Of a stretch of 35,606 nt of DNA, positions 6,650 through 15,102 are shown one piece after another. The first letter of the stretch is position 1, and every line of letters starts with the position of its first letter. The position numbers were made by a program, and so were the translations under genes. The stretch covers positions 1 to 35,606 of the forward strand of contig CAZHIX010000002.1 in the NCBI GenBank assembly GCA_964532715.1, given 5' to 3'. Source of the DNA: Candidatus Micrarchaeota archaeon. Its GTDB lineage: Archaea > Micrarchaeota > Micrarchaeia > Anstonellales > Anstonellaceae. The notes under the pieces were generated by a model that worked only from the letters and a program-made list of their open reading frames with translations, was not told the DNA's origin and ran no database searches.

Positions 6650-9556
6650 ATGGATGTGGTTTGTGATAATTGCAGTAGTGTTAACTATCATATTAAATAT
6701 GAAGATATATACTCTCCAATTGATTTAGCAGTAGCTTCTGCTATGAAATCTGGAATTAGTTTTTGCAAACCTATATCTGAATATTTCCAAAACAATGGGC
6801 ACACTGGTTTTTTCAACATTTCTTTTGACAAAATATCATTCAAAGATGAAAATACTGGGAATGTATATACCTTACGTCGCTTTCCGGTTTTTGTGGATGA
6901 TTATCAAGGGTTCTATATTTTACCTATTGAGTCTAGTAACTCTGAGAAAAACTCTACTAAAGATACTTCTGAAGATTTGTTCAACTCTGAGTCTAATACT
7001 AATAATTCATCTTCAAATCCTTCTAAATCCACTCAATGTTCTTTACGGGTTTATAGAATAAAATCTCACGAGTCTGTATCTGATAAAATATGGCGTCTGA
7101 CTACTGTTCAAAATGATTATGTGGGGCATATCCGACCTTTGCATCAATATAGCTTAAATATGAAAAATTATGAATTTTTAACGAGCAGTTGTTTATCTGA
7201 GCAAAAAAAAGAACATTTGCGTTCACTAAAAGAAACTATCAATACTCTCTATTCTTTAGAAGTAAAAGCGCAAACAACCATAAACGAGTATCTCAATCTC
7301 AACAGCGCAAAAATTTTTCCTCTAATTAAAGAATACGCTAAAACATTGTCAGATATCCGCGAGATATACGATCTTCGCCGTAGTTTTGTGTTCATAGATA
7401 CAAACTATTGGGCGGGTAATCATGCGGATTGGGTTAATCTTTGTGAATTCTTGCCATTTGAAAATATAAATGTCGATCAGCTACTTATTCATCTAGACTC
7501 AAAAAAGTACCATACAAAATTTAGGCGCACAACAACAAAGATTCTCAAATCTTTTTTTGAAAACCAGCACAACTTACTTTTTGAAAGTCCTGTCAATTAT
7601 ATCTATTCTGCAATTCGTGAGCTTGAGCATTCGCGATATGCTCCAGATAAGAAATTACTAAACTTATCCAATCTTGCAATGAAATATGATTTAGAATGCG
7701 CTTCATTAATGTCATTTTTAGATTCAATGAGTTTGCAAATTGATAAAAAAACTGCATCTGAACGCGAAATTAATGCTGAATTAATAAAAAAATTAATCTC
7801 GTTCTCAGATCTTAAGCTCTCAACTCTACGCTCTGCTCAAAAAATTCTCAACGATCTAAATACTCATAAAAAAAGTAATTCGTATGCGCTTGCACGTAGA
7901 ATGCTCTGTCTTTATATTGCTCGTCTAAGTTGGGCAGATTCACAAAACGACTCAAAACTGTTTTCTGAATTTATGGAGTTTTTTAAAGATTCCACTATAA
8001 CTTTCAAGTCAGCTTATTATCCTCTTCAATCTATTAATGCAATAAATCAAACTACACTCTCATTATCTAATTCTTTAATGTCAAAATCTTTTGGCGAAAA
8101 CCAAAAACAATACAAACAAGCGCGCAAAGAACTGCTTGATAATCTTGAAGTTATAGCATCAAAACTTGAATCAGAAGGTGCCCGTGTTTATGCAATTCGT
8201 GCAAGAGAATTTAGACAAAAAGAAGTTTCTCATTCAAGATACAAACTAGGTCCTCAACGTTATCTTGCATCAGAAATTTTTTCTGCATGGCATATATTGC
8301 AAGTGCTCTTATGCGAAAAAACGGGAGTATCTGATTTGCAAAAACAACTATTTCTTGAATTATCTCAAGATCTAGAGCGTGCTGTATCTCAAGCAATCAA
8401 TGCTATGAACTCATTGGTTTCAAGAGATTATGTTTCCAATTGTTTTTTTGTTAAAAATAATCCAACTCTGCATTATATTGAAAAATCTCCATCTGACATT
8501 TTTCCCATACACACACAACTGAACAGTCATGGTGATATAAAAATAGGTTTGGATATACTTATCCCAAAAACTGATAATTTTGTTCAACATACTTCTTCTG
8601 ATTCTATTTCTTCAATCAATTCTTCAAGTTCCAAAACTCAATCTATGAATTTAGGTCGGCGTATTTACAACGTGGTTTGTAAGGGCGATAAAATAGAAAA
8701 TTTTGAATTTAAAACAGACAATCTACGTCAAAGTCCTGCCAAATCTCCACCAATGCGACCAAACAAATACGAATTTATATTCGGACCAAAACTTTCTTAT
8801 CCTTCTAGTTTAAACTTTAGTGAAGAAGATGTAAAACAACTTGCAAATTATGTGCGTGCAAATAAATCTCATCGTGGCGAACTTGCGTCAATTGCATATA
8901 AGCTTCCATATATCTTTGGGCACGTAGTAAGTGCAGACCCATTTAGAGGTTGCAAACTGGTTCAATATGCTTCATACGATGATAATCAACTTTGTGTAGT
9001 GAACAAATTAGGTTTTTATCCTTCTGTTTTCCAAGAGGATGATGGAAATAATGTGTCAATTTGGGATGTAAGAAAATCTACAAATTCCAGCCTGCTTCAA
9101 AACATGTCTAAATTCGTAAACAATACTGCTCAAAAATTACTGCATCAAAAAGAAACAATCTCTTGCAACAACCTCGGTCGTGGTTCTTGGGATGATGTTC
9201 GTTGGCCTTGTGCAGCGAATATTCTTGTAAGTACCGAGTTTACTCAATTTCAATCTGCATTGTGTAACGAAGTAATCTCCGACCGGTTAAACTGTCTTAT
9301 GTCTGATGTTTTTGCAGTTGTTGATAAAGTTCTAAATCGTCTAGTGGTTGAGCAAAAGCAAAAATCAACATCCAAGACTATCTACGCCCCCGAAAATTCT
9401 TGCGAGCACAAACCTGTTTTGTCTCAATCGGATTCAAAAGAACCTGTATCCGATACACAATCAACAAGACGTGCAATCAATCTAATGAAGTCCAATTCAT
9501 CTGTTCCATACACACAACACACTAAAAATAACAAAATTGATCTACGCCAATTATAA
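6650..9556 (+). CDS. Large (968 aa) hypothetical cytoplasmic protein with no recognisable domain
   Basis: The ORF is uninterrupted over 2.9 kb in an AT-rich genome where random frames close quickly. No signal peptide or TM segment is visible. Internal Ser/Asn-rich linkers are present. Confidence 0.75.
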   Translation: MDVVCDNCSSVNYHIKYEDIYSPIDLAVASAMKSGISFCKPISEYFQNNGHTGFFNISFDKISFKDENTGNVYTLRRFPVFVDDYQGFYILPIESSNSEKNSTKDTSEDLFNSESNTNNSSSNPSKSTQCSLRVYRIKSHESVSDKIWRLTTVQNDYVGHIRPLHQYSLNMKNYEFLTSSCLSEQKKEHLRSLKETINTLYSLEVKAQTTINEYLNLNSAKIFPLIKEYAKTLSDIREIYDLRRSFVFIDTNYWAGNHADWVNLCEFLPFENINVDQLLIHLDSKKYHTKFRRTTTKILKSFFENQHNLLFESPVNYIYSAIRELEHSRYAPDKKLLNLSNLAMKYDLECASLMSFLDSMSLQIDKKTASEREINAELIKKLISFSDLKLSTLRSAQKILNDLNTHKKSNSYALARRMLCLYIARLSWADSQNDSKLFSEFMEFFKDSTITFKSAYYPLQSINAINQTTLSLSNSLMSKSFGENQKQYKQARKELLDNLEVIASKLESEGARVYAIRAREFRQKEVSHSRYKLGPQRYLASEIFSAWHILQVLLCEKTGVSDLQKQLFLELSQDLERAVSQAINAMNSLVSRDYVSNCFFVKNNPTLHYIEKSPSDIFPIHTQLNSHGDIKIGLDILIPKTDNFVQHTSSDSISSINSSSSKTQSMNLGRRIYNVVCKGDKIENFEFKTDNLRQSPAKSPPMRPNKYEFIFGPKLSYPSSLNFSEEDVKQLANYVRANKSHRGELASIAYKLPYIFGHVVSADPFRGCKLVQYASYDDNQLCVVNKLGFYPSVFQEDDGNNVSIWDVRKSTNSSLLQNMSKFVNNTAQKLLHQKETISCNNLGRGSWDDVRWPCAANILVSTEFTQFQSALCNEVISDRLNCLMSDVFAVVDKVLNRLVVEQKQKSTSKTIYAPENSCEHKPVLSQSDSKEPVSDTQSTRRAINLMKSNSSVPYTQHTKNNKIDLRQL

Positions 9557-9557
9557 C

Positions 9558-10316
9558 TCACATATTTTTTCTAATAGTGCGATAAGCTTTTGGGGCATCC
9601 TCGTCTTTTAGTACAATTATGAATTCAGTAAGTGTGGAGACTATCTCATAAACGTTTATATTTTCCCAAGACAGCTCTCTTAATACTCTATCAAAAAAAC
9701 CTGGTTGATACAAAATATCTTTTGAAAATTTAAGTATCAAAAGACTCAATTCTTTTTCTACATTAGTTATTTTTTCATTTTTTAAAACTGCCATAAATTC
9801 TTTTTCAAATTTAGCTGAACTTATTATTGTAACTTCTGTAGGTGTTTGTGTTATAGAAATTATATCGTTTGGGCTCTTTGATGCAATTTTTTGAATTTGC
9901 ATTATTTTGTCATATGTGTTTAAACTTTTTTGCAAATCTATTTGCAATGCATCTGATTTTATACAAACTTCTATTTTTGAAAAATTATTCTTCTCAATCT
10001 GTTCTTGTTTTTGTGCAACCATCAAATCTCTCATTCTTGAAAGGGACATAACAATTGCGGGTATTCTAATGTCTTTTTTTAACTCTGTTTGTACTTGGGG
10101 GTGTAAATATTTTGCAAGTCTGTGAAACGAAATCAAATCCCGTTCGATAAACTGTTCTAAATTCGGGTGTTCTCGCACTATCTTTTGTACTATATGTGCA
10201 ACCGTTGGCATAATGTTATTTACAAAACAAATAGTTAAATAGTCAACACCTGTTCTCGAGAGTTTTTTTGATGAGCTTTTTTTCTGCATCCTTGATTTTT
10301 GCATAGTGCTTTGCAT
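9558..10316 (-). CDS. Hypothetical regulator-like protein with an HTH-like N-terminal region and an ACT-like C-terminal domain. It is a paralog of 22305-22910.
   Basis: It aligns by eye with the 201-aa protein at 22305-22910: VAHIVQKIVREHPNL..LISFHRLAKYL..AIVMSLSRM against VSKIVEEYMYERPYL..LINTSSLARKI..AVMVALYRF. The C-termini align as PGFFDRVLRELSWENINVYEIVS against PGVLFHILAKFYEQSISIMEVFS. The true start may be the internal MQKKSSSKK (ATG near 10289). Confidence 0.6.
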   Translation of the reverse strand: MQSTMQKSRMQKKSSSKKLSRTGVDYLTICFVNNIMPTVAHIVQKIVREHPNLEQFIERDLISFHRLAKYLHPQVQTELKKDIRIPAIVMSLSRMRDLMVAQKQEQIEKNNFSKIEVCIKSDALQIDLQKSLNTYDKIMQIQKIASKSPNDIISITQTPTEVTIISSAKFEKEFMAVLKNEKITNVEKELSLLILKFSKDILYQPGFFDRVLRELSWENINVYEIVSTLTEFIIVLKDEDAPKAYRTIRKNM

Positions 10317-10345
10317 TTTATAAATTTTTTATATGATAACTTCTC

Positions 10346-11998
10346 ATGCCACAAAAACAAACTCGTTATATTGTAATTCTTGGTTCGTTGATGTCTGGTT
10401 TAGGAAAAGGTATTCTTTCTGCATCAATAGGGCGTATTCTTCAGTCTCAAGGATATTTAGTATCCCCTATAAAATTTGATGGTTATCTCAACGTGGATTG
10501 TGGCACGATGAATCCATTTAGACATGGTGAAGTATTTGTCCTCAACGACGGAACTGAATGTGATATGGATTTTGGAACATATGAACGTTATCTAAACATA
10601 AATTTATCTGGGGGCAACTCAATTACTGGGGGAAAACTTTTCAAAAAAGTAATTGAAAAAGAGCGCTCTGGTGGCTATCTTGGTAAAGATGTACAAATAG
10701 TCCCTCATCTTACTAATGAAATAAAAAAATGGGTACGTGGGGTTGGCGAATCTAATAATTCTGATTTTGTGATAGTAGAAGTAGGTGGAACGGTAGGAGA
10801 CCTTGAAAACAATTATTTCATAGAAGCAATGCGTCAAATGGCATACGAAGAAGCTGGCAACATTACGTTTGTGCAACTTACATATATTCCTTCTTTACAA
10901 AAGGGCGAACCAAAGACAAAACCTACTCAACATGCAAATCGTTTAATCACGAGTATGGGAATAACTCCAAAACTGATAGTTTGCCGTGCAGAAGAAAAAT
11001 TAAACAAAGATGCTAAAGAAAAAATATCTATGTTTTGCAACGTAGAATTAGATGATGTATTTGACGATCCTGCACTGGCAACAATTTATGAGCTTCCACT
11101 AATTTTAGAAAAACAAAGTTTCTGCTCAAGATTGTTATCTAAATTTAATATAAAACCAAAAGAAACCAATCTAAAGGACTGGGCTTCGCTTGTCAATAAA
11201 ATAAAAAGCCCAAAAAATGAGCTTAACATCGCGGTTACTGGTAAATATGTTTCTGTAAAAGACGCGTATGTTTCAATAGAAGAAGCGCTTGTCCATTCTT
11301 CTGCCTCAAATAATTGTCATGTCAATCTAGAATTCATAGATACTGAAGAGCTTGAGAAAAATAGTGCAAACATCAGTCAAATTCTATCTAAATTTGATGG
11401 AATAATTGTTCCGGGCGGATTTGGTTCACGTGGTGTGGAAGGAAAAATTGAGGCGATAAAATATGCGCGCATAAACTCCATCCCATTTCTTGGTTTATGC
11501 TTAGGTCTTCAATTATGTGTAGTGGAATATGCAAGAAACTGTGCAAATCTGGACGGTGCAAATTCTACTGAGATGAATAAGGATACAAAATATCCTGTGA
11601 TTGATTTGCTACCTGAGCAAAAAGCAATAAAAGACAAAGGTGCAACCATGCGTCTTGGTGCATGGGATTGTGTTCTTAAAAAAGGCACAAAAGCATATGA
11701 TTCATATGGTTGTGAAAAAATATCTGAAAGGCATCGTCATCGTTTTGAAGTTAATAATGAATTTATCGGGTTGCTTGAAAATGCCGGGCTTGTGATATCT
11801 GGCAAATCTCCAGATGGAAAAATAGTTGAAATGGTTGAGTGGTCATCTGGTTGGGGGGTTGCAACTCAGGCGCATCCAGAACTAAAATCTCGTCTTGAAA
11901 ATCCTGCGCCTTTGTTTGTTTCGTTTGTGCAAGCCTGTCTGAAAAATAAGAAATCTCTTGTCCAAACACAAAAAATATCTTCAGCTGAAAACAAATAA
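10346..11998 (+). CDS. pyrG: CTP synthase
   Basis: It is full length with the synthetase N-terminus (GSLMSGLGKGI, KTKPTQH) and the glutaminase domain (GLCLGLQ Cys nucleophile, HRHRFEVN). Confidence 0.95.
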   Translation: MPQKQTRYIVILGSLMSGLGKGILSASIGRILQSQGYLVSPIKFDGYLNVDCGTMNPFRHGEVFVLNDGTECDMDFGTYERYLNINLSGGNSITGGKLFKKVIEKERSGGYLGKDVQIVPHLTNEIKKWVRGVGESNNSDFVIVEVGGTVGDLENNYFIEAMRQMAYEEAGNITFVQLTYIPSLQKGEPKTKPTQHANRLITSMGITPKLIVCRAEEKLNKDAKEKISMFCNVELDDVFDDPALATIYELPLILEKQSFCSRLLSKFNIKPKETNLKDWASLVNKIKSPKNELNIAVTGKYVSVKDAYVSIEEALVHSSASNNCHVNLEFIDTEELEKNSANISQILSKFDGIIVPGGFGSRGVEGKIEAIKYARINSIPFLGLCLGLQLCVVEYARNCANLDGANSTEMNKDTKYPVIDLLPEQKAIKDKGATMRLGAWDCVLKKGTKAYDSYGCEKISERHRHRFEVNNEFIGLLENAGLVISGKSPDGKIVEMVEWSSGWGVATQAHPELKSRLENPAPLFVSFVQACLKNKKSLVQTQKISSAENK

Positions 11999-12008
11999 AT
12001 GTGCAATG

Positions 12009-12267
12009 TTTTGTGTTGTTTTCAATCATCTATCTATTTATCCTCGGTTTGTGTTCTTCAACGAGTGTATGTGCATCTTTGAGTTTGTGGTTTTAATCAA
12101 TGGAGGTGACATGCACTTCAATGAACATATGTGCATTGTTAGTCTGTATTTTCAATCAATGAGCATGTGTGGACTTATCAACGAGTTTATGTATATCTGT
12201 TCGTATATGTTCTCAATCAATGTGTATATCATTCTTCAGTTTGTACTTCAAATCAATGGATGCACAC
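12009..12267. repeat. Degenerate tandem repeat array with a unit of about 30 nt organised in a 60-nt super-period, about 8 copies
   Basis: CTTCAACGAGTGTATGTGCATC (12056), CTTCAATGAACATATGTGCATT (12116) and CTTATCAACGAGTTTATGTATATC (12174) are spaced 58-60 nt apart. AATCAATG occurs at 12095, 12154, 12215 and 12251, each preceded by a GTTTGT..TTTT-type segment. Confidence 0.75.
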
Positions 12268-12387
12268 TCTTTTTATGTCCTATATATTCTGCATATTCTG
12301 TATACACTAACTTACTATATGTTTGCCATTTTTCTAAAACCGTTTTATTTATAATCTTCACGTTCTTTTTCTCTTCATACTATTCTT

Positions 12388-13119
12388 ATGGGTGATGGGT
12401 TGGCAAATATTATGAAAAAAAGAAAAAGTTCATCGGTTCAAAAACAAAAATCGCGTTCTGCAAATTATTTTGTAAAAAAATCAGCCACAAACAAACAGAT
12501 ACAGAAAGCATTAGTACAATCTCGTAAAATTCAAAAAAGCGTTCGTTTGAAATCTGTAAAATCTGCTAAAAAATCACAGAATTTATCTGCCTCAAAAGTT
12601 GCGACTACTTCTAACGTTTCATTTGTAAAACCAAAAGCAAAACTTTCAAGCTATTTTCTTTCATCTGATATAATAAGAAAAGATTTGAAATATCAGTCAA
12701 AATCCCAGCCCGTGCTTGCATCAAAACAAGAATTTGAACAAAAAATACAACTTGCGCGTTCTCTCAACACCGGGCTTAAAGAAAAATCAAAAAAAGCACG
12801 TCTAAGTCGCTTTGAAATAATTAAGCGAAATATAATGATATTAGTCCGCAGATTTTTGGCATGGTTCTCATCAAATTCTCATCGTGCAAATATCACCTCT
12901 GCTGGTCGTCGTGCTCTTTTACAACTTGGGGATTTGTATGATTTACTAATGCTTGAGGCTATTGATGACGAATCGTTGCTTAAATTAAAAGTTGCCTATG
13001 GGGAAGCATGCTACTATGTTACTCAAGCTTCAAGAAGCTATCTTAAAAAACACGGGGGAAAAGGACGAGAAAATTACTCCGCATACTTTGATCGCTTTGT
13101 AGATTGTGCGTCCGGATAA
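12388..13119 (+). CDS. Hypothetical protein with a highly basic Lys/Ser/Gln-rich N-terminal half and a helical C-terminal half
   Basis: It is a 243-aa ORF and the first gene of a co-oriented, tightly spaced cluster (12388-15007). No motif was recognised. Confidence 0.6.
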   Translation: MGDGLANIMKKRKSSSVQKQKSRSANYFVKKSATNKQIQKALVQSRKIQKSVRLKSVKSAKKSQNLSASKVATTSNVSFVKPKAKLSSYFLSSDIIRKDLKYQSKSQPVLASKQEFEQKIQLARSLNTGLKEKSKKARLSRFEIIKRNIMILVRRFLAWFSSNSHRANITSAGRRALLQLGDLYDLLMLEAIDDESLLKLKVAYGEACYYVTQASRSYLKKHGGKGRENYSAYFDRFVDCASG

Positions 13120-13148
13120 TTTTTAAACTGTAAACGGGGTATCATTTC

Positions 13149-13661
13149 ATGGCATCAAATTCGTGTGGTCTTTTTGGCTTTATACAAAACTTAATTTTAA
13201 GAAAAATCATAGAAGTCTTATTTTCGTCAATTCCGGGCGCAATAATCTTTTTTGTTTTTATAATTGCAACTGGTATTTTGAATATCTTATCAACATCCGG
13301 TACAGAGAACAATATCTTTGCACTCACTTACATTCCTGTTGTTTGTGTATTGCCTATAGTGATTGGGGTTATCGGGCCACTTATTCTTGAAAAAGTTCGC
13401 TCAAACCCAACTCTTTCGTTGCGTGCATCTGTTCTTGTGTCTTTCATATCTGCATTTGTTGGGTCATTTTTTGGTGCTTTTGCACTTGCAATAACTGGTG
13501 TGGTCTCTGAAGGGTTTAGTCCATTTGGCGGATTACTTGAACCGGTACTTGGCGCACCTGGGCTTCTCTTGGCAATGGTTCTTATAGTGTTTATATCTAC
13601 AATCTTATCAACTATCGGTGGAGCGTTAATAACTGTGCTTCTAAATAGGGCAGGTAACTAA
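13149..13661 (+). CDS. Hypothetical polytopic membrane protein (4-5 TM)
   Basis: Hydrophobic helices run throughout. Its stop lies 2 nt before the next start (13664). Confidence 0.65.
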   Translation: MASNSCGLFGFIQNLILRKIIEVLFSSIPGAIIFFVFIIATGILNILSTSGTENNIFALTYIPVVCVLPIVIGVIGPLILEKVRSNPTLSLRASVLVSFISAFVGSFFGAFALAITGVVSEGFSPFGGLLEPVLGAPGLLLAMVLIVFISTILSTIGGALITVLLNRAGN

Positions 13662-13663
13662 AT

Positions 13664-13909
13664 ATGGCATCTATATTTGATACTGTGGAATCAATAAAAC
13701 TTGGACTTTTATCAATCGGTCCTGGAATCGCAGTAATACTCATAGTTTTAGGTGGAATAGTATATGGGCTGTCTTATACTCAACCTGCGCACAATCGTGG
13801 CAAATGGCAATCGCTTGGTGCGGGTATATTCATAGGCGGTATAATCGTAGCTGCTATTGTAGGTGCAGCAGAACTAATCGCGCAGTCTTCACTTACGCTA
13901 CTCACTTAA
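13664..13909 (+). CDS. Small two-TM membrane protein with TrbC/VirB2-pilin-like organisation (function uncertain)
   Basis: It is 81 aa: hydrophobic helix 1 (GIAVILIVLGGIVYGL), a basic loop (HNRGKW) and Gly/Ala/Ile-rich helix 2 (GAGIFIGGIIVAAIVGAA). It is translationally coupled to the upstream gene. Confidence 0.6.
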   Translation: MASIFDTVESIKLGLLSIGPGIAVILIVLGGIVYGLSYTQPAHNRGKWQSLGAGIFIGGIIVAAIVGAAELIAQSSLTLLT

Positions 13910-14005
13910 TTTTTTTGTATTTTTGTTTGTAATACTTTTGAGCAAATATTTTTGTTTTGCCATGGAATTGTTAAGTTCTAAAAGCTTCTTATTCAAACTT
14001 AGTAT

Positions 14006-15007
14006 ATGTCGTCCTTGCTTGTTCTTGATTTGTCCGCAACTTCTGCGGTTTATTCTCTTGCACTAAATCTAATTGTAATCAGCCTATTTTTATGTGCGTT
14101 TGCACTTGGAATATCACACGCATTTAAACTGAAACGACTCTGGGCATGGGGGGTTGAAGAGCTTGCTCAAGCGATAATCAATGCGTCTCTACTAGGAGTA
14201 ATTATTGGCTTTGGGGTTTTTGCAACTTCAATGATGGATTCATTTGTAGACTCTGCAAGTTTTTCAAATTGTTCTTATTTGTCATATTCACAAAATTCTC
14301 CAATTGCATATTCGTTATGTTCTATAGAGCAAACTCAAGATAAGGCATGGAAAATTTCTGATTCTACTCTAAGTCAATCATATCTTCTTGGAGCATTATC
14401 TTCTTTGGAATTGTCTTTTAATGTAGCACATGCATCTCCATTTAATTCTCTTTCACATAGTGCACAAGCCTACAATTCATGGGCGCAAACTCTCGGAGTT
14501 TTGTTAAGCTCTCTTGAGTTAAATCGCCAATTTTTACTCTTTGTAGCTAAAAGTGGTTTTTCATTTTTCTTACCGTTAGGTCTTTTATTGCGTATGTTTT
14601 TTGCAACAAGAAAATTAGGTGGTGCAATAATGGCAGGTGCAATTTCATTTTTTATGTTATACCCACTTTTATTTTTTTCATTTAGCGTGTCTGATTCAAA
14701 TCTGCAAACTGCCTTTGATTTTGCATTTAATGATCTGAACAATTTATCTAAAACTCTTGAGTTTGTTCCAACAATTGACTGGGCAAAAGAACCTGATATA
14801 GCCGGGCTCTTTGATTCTTTAGCTAACACGCAATTAGCAAGTCTCGCTTCAGCTCCATTTAGGTCAGTTCCTCAATTTATAGGTGTCTTGTGCATGTATT
14901 CGTTTTCGTATCCGCTTTTTGCGTTTGCGCTTTGTTTAGTGTGTGCCAAAGAACTTTACGGATTTTTAGGTTCACCTCTAAGTATTGATATTTTTTCCAA
15001 CGTATAG
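14006..15007 (+). CDS. Polytopic membrane protein with VirB6/TrbL/CedA-like topology (function uncertain)
   Basis: It is 333 aa with N-terminal TM helices, a loop of about 100 aa that is Ser-rich and contains several Cys, then 4-5 further TM helices. Confidence 0.6.
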   Translation: MSSLLVLDLSATSAVYSLALNLIVISLFLCAFALGISHAFKLKRLWAWGVEELAQAIINASLLGVIIGFGVFATSMMDSFVDSASFSNCSYLSYSQNSPIAYSLCSIEQTQDKAWKISDSTLSQSYLLGALSSLELSFNVAHASPFNSLSHSAQAYNSWAQTLGVLLSSLELNRQFLLFVAKSGFSFFLPLGLLLRMFFATRKLGGAIMAGAISFFMLYPLLFFSFSVSDSNLQTAFDFAFNDLNNLSKTLEFVPTIDWAKEPDIAGLFDSLANTQLASLASAPFRSVPQFIGVLCMYSFSYPLFAFALCLVCAKELYGFLGSPLSIDIFSNV

Positions 15008-15102
15008 TTAAGTGTTTGTTCTTTCACGCTCATCGTCATGTGCGATGAAAAACTCCCGTGTCGTTTGTATGCAATTGAGTTGATGTGTGCATGTTTACTC
15101 AA

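Noticed and set aside
12009-12267. Possible CRISPR array, because of the 60-nt period
   Set aside because: Both halves of each 60-nt unit are conserved but degenerate, so there are no unique spacers. The repeats are not identical, there is no leader/cas context, and only about 3.5 super-units are present.
11958-12395. A 145-aa ORF (Cys/Met/Phe-rich, with a 20-aa periodicity) spanning the pyrG-downstream repeat array
   Set aside because: Its periodicity simply mirrors the 60-nt DNA repeat. It starts inside the pyrG 3' end with no SD or promoter, its composition is implausible, and it runs into the next gene's start. It is best explained as a frame left open by chance in repetitive non-coding DNA.
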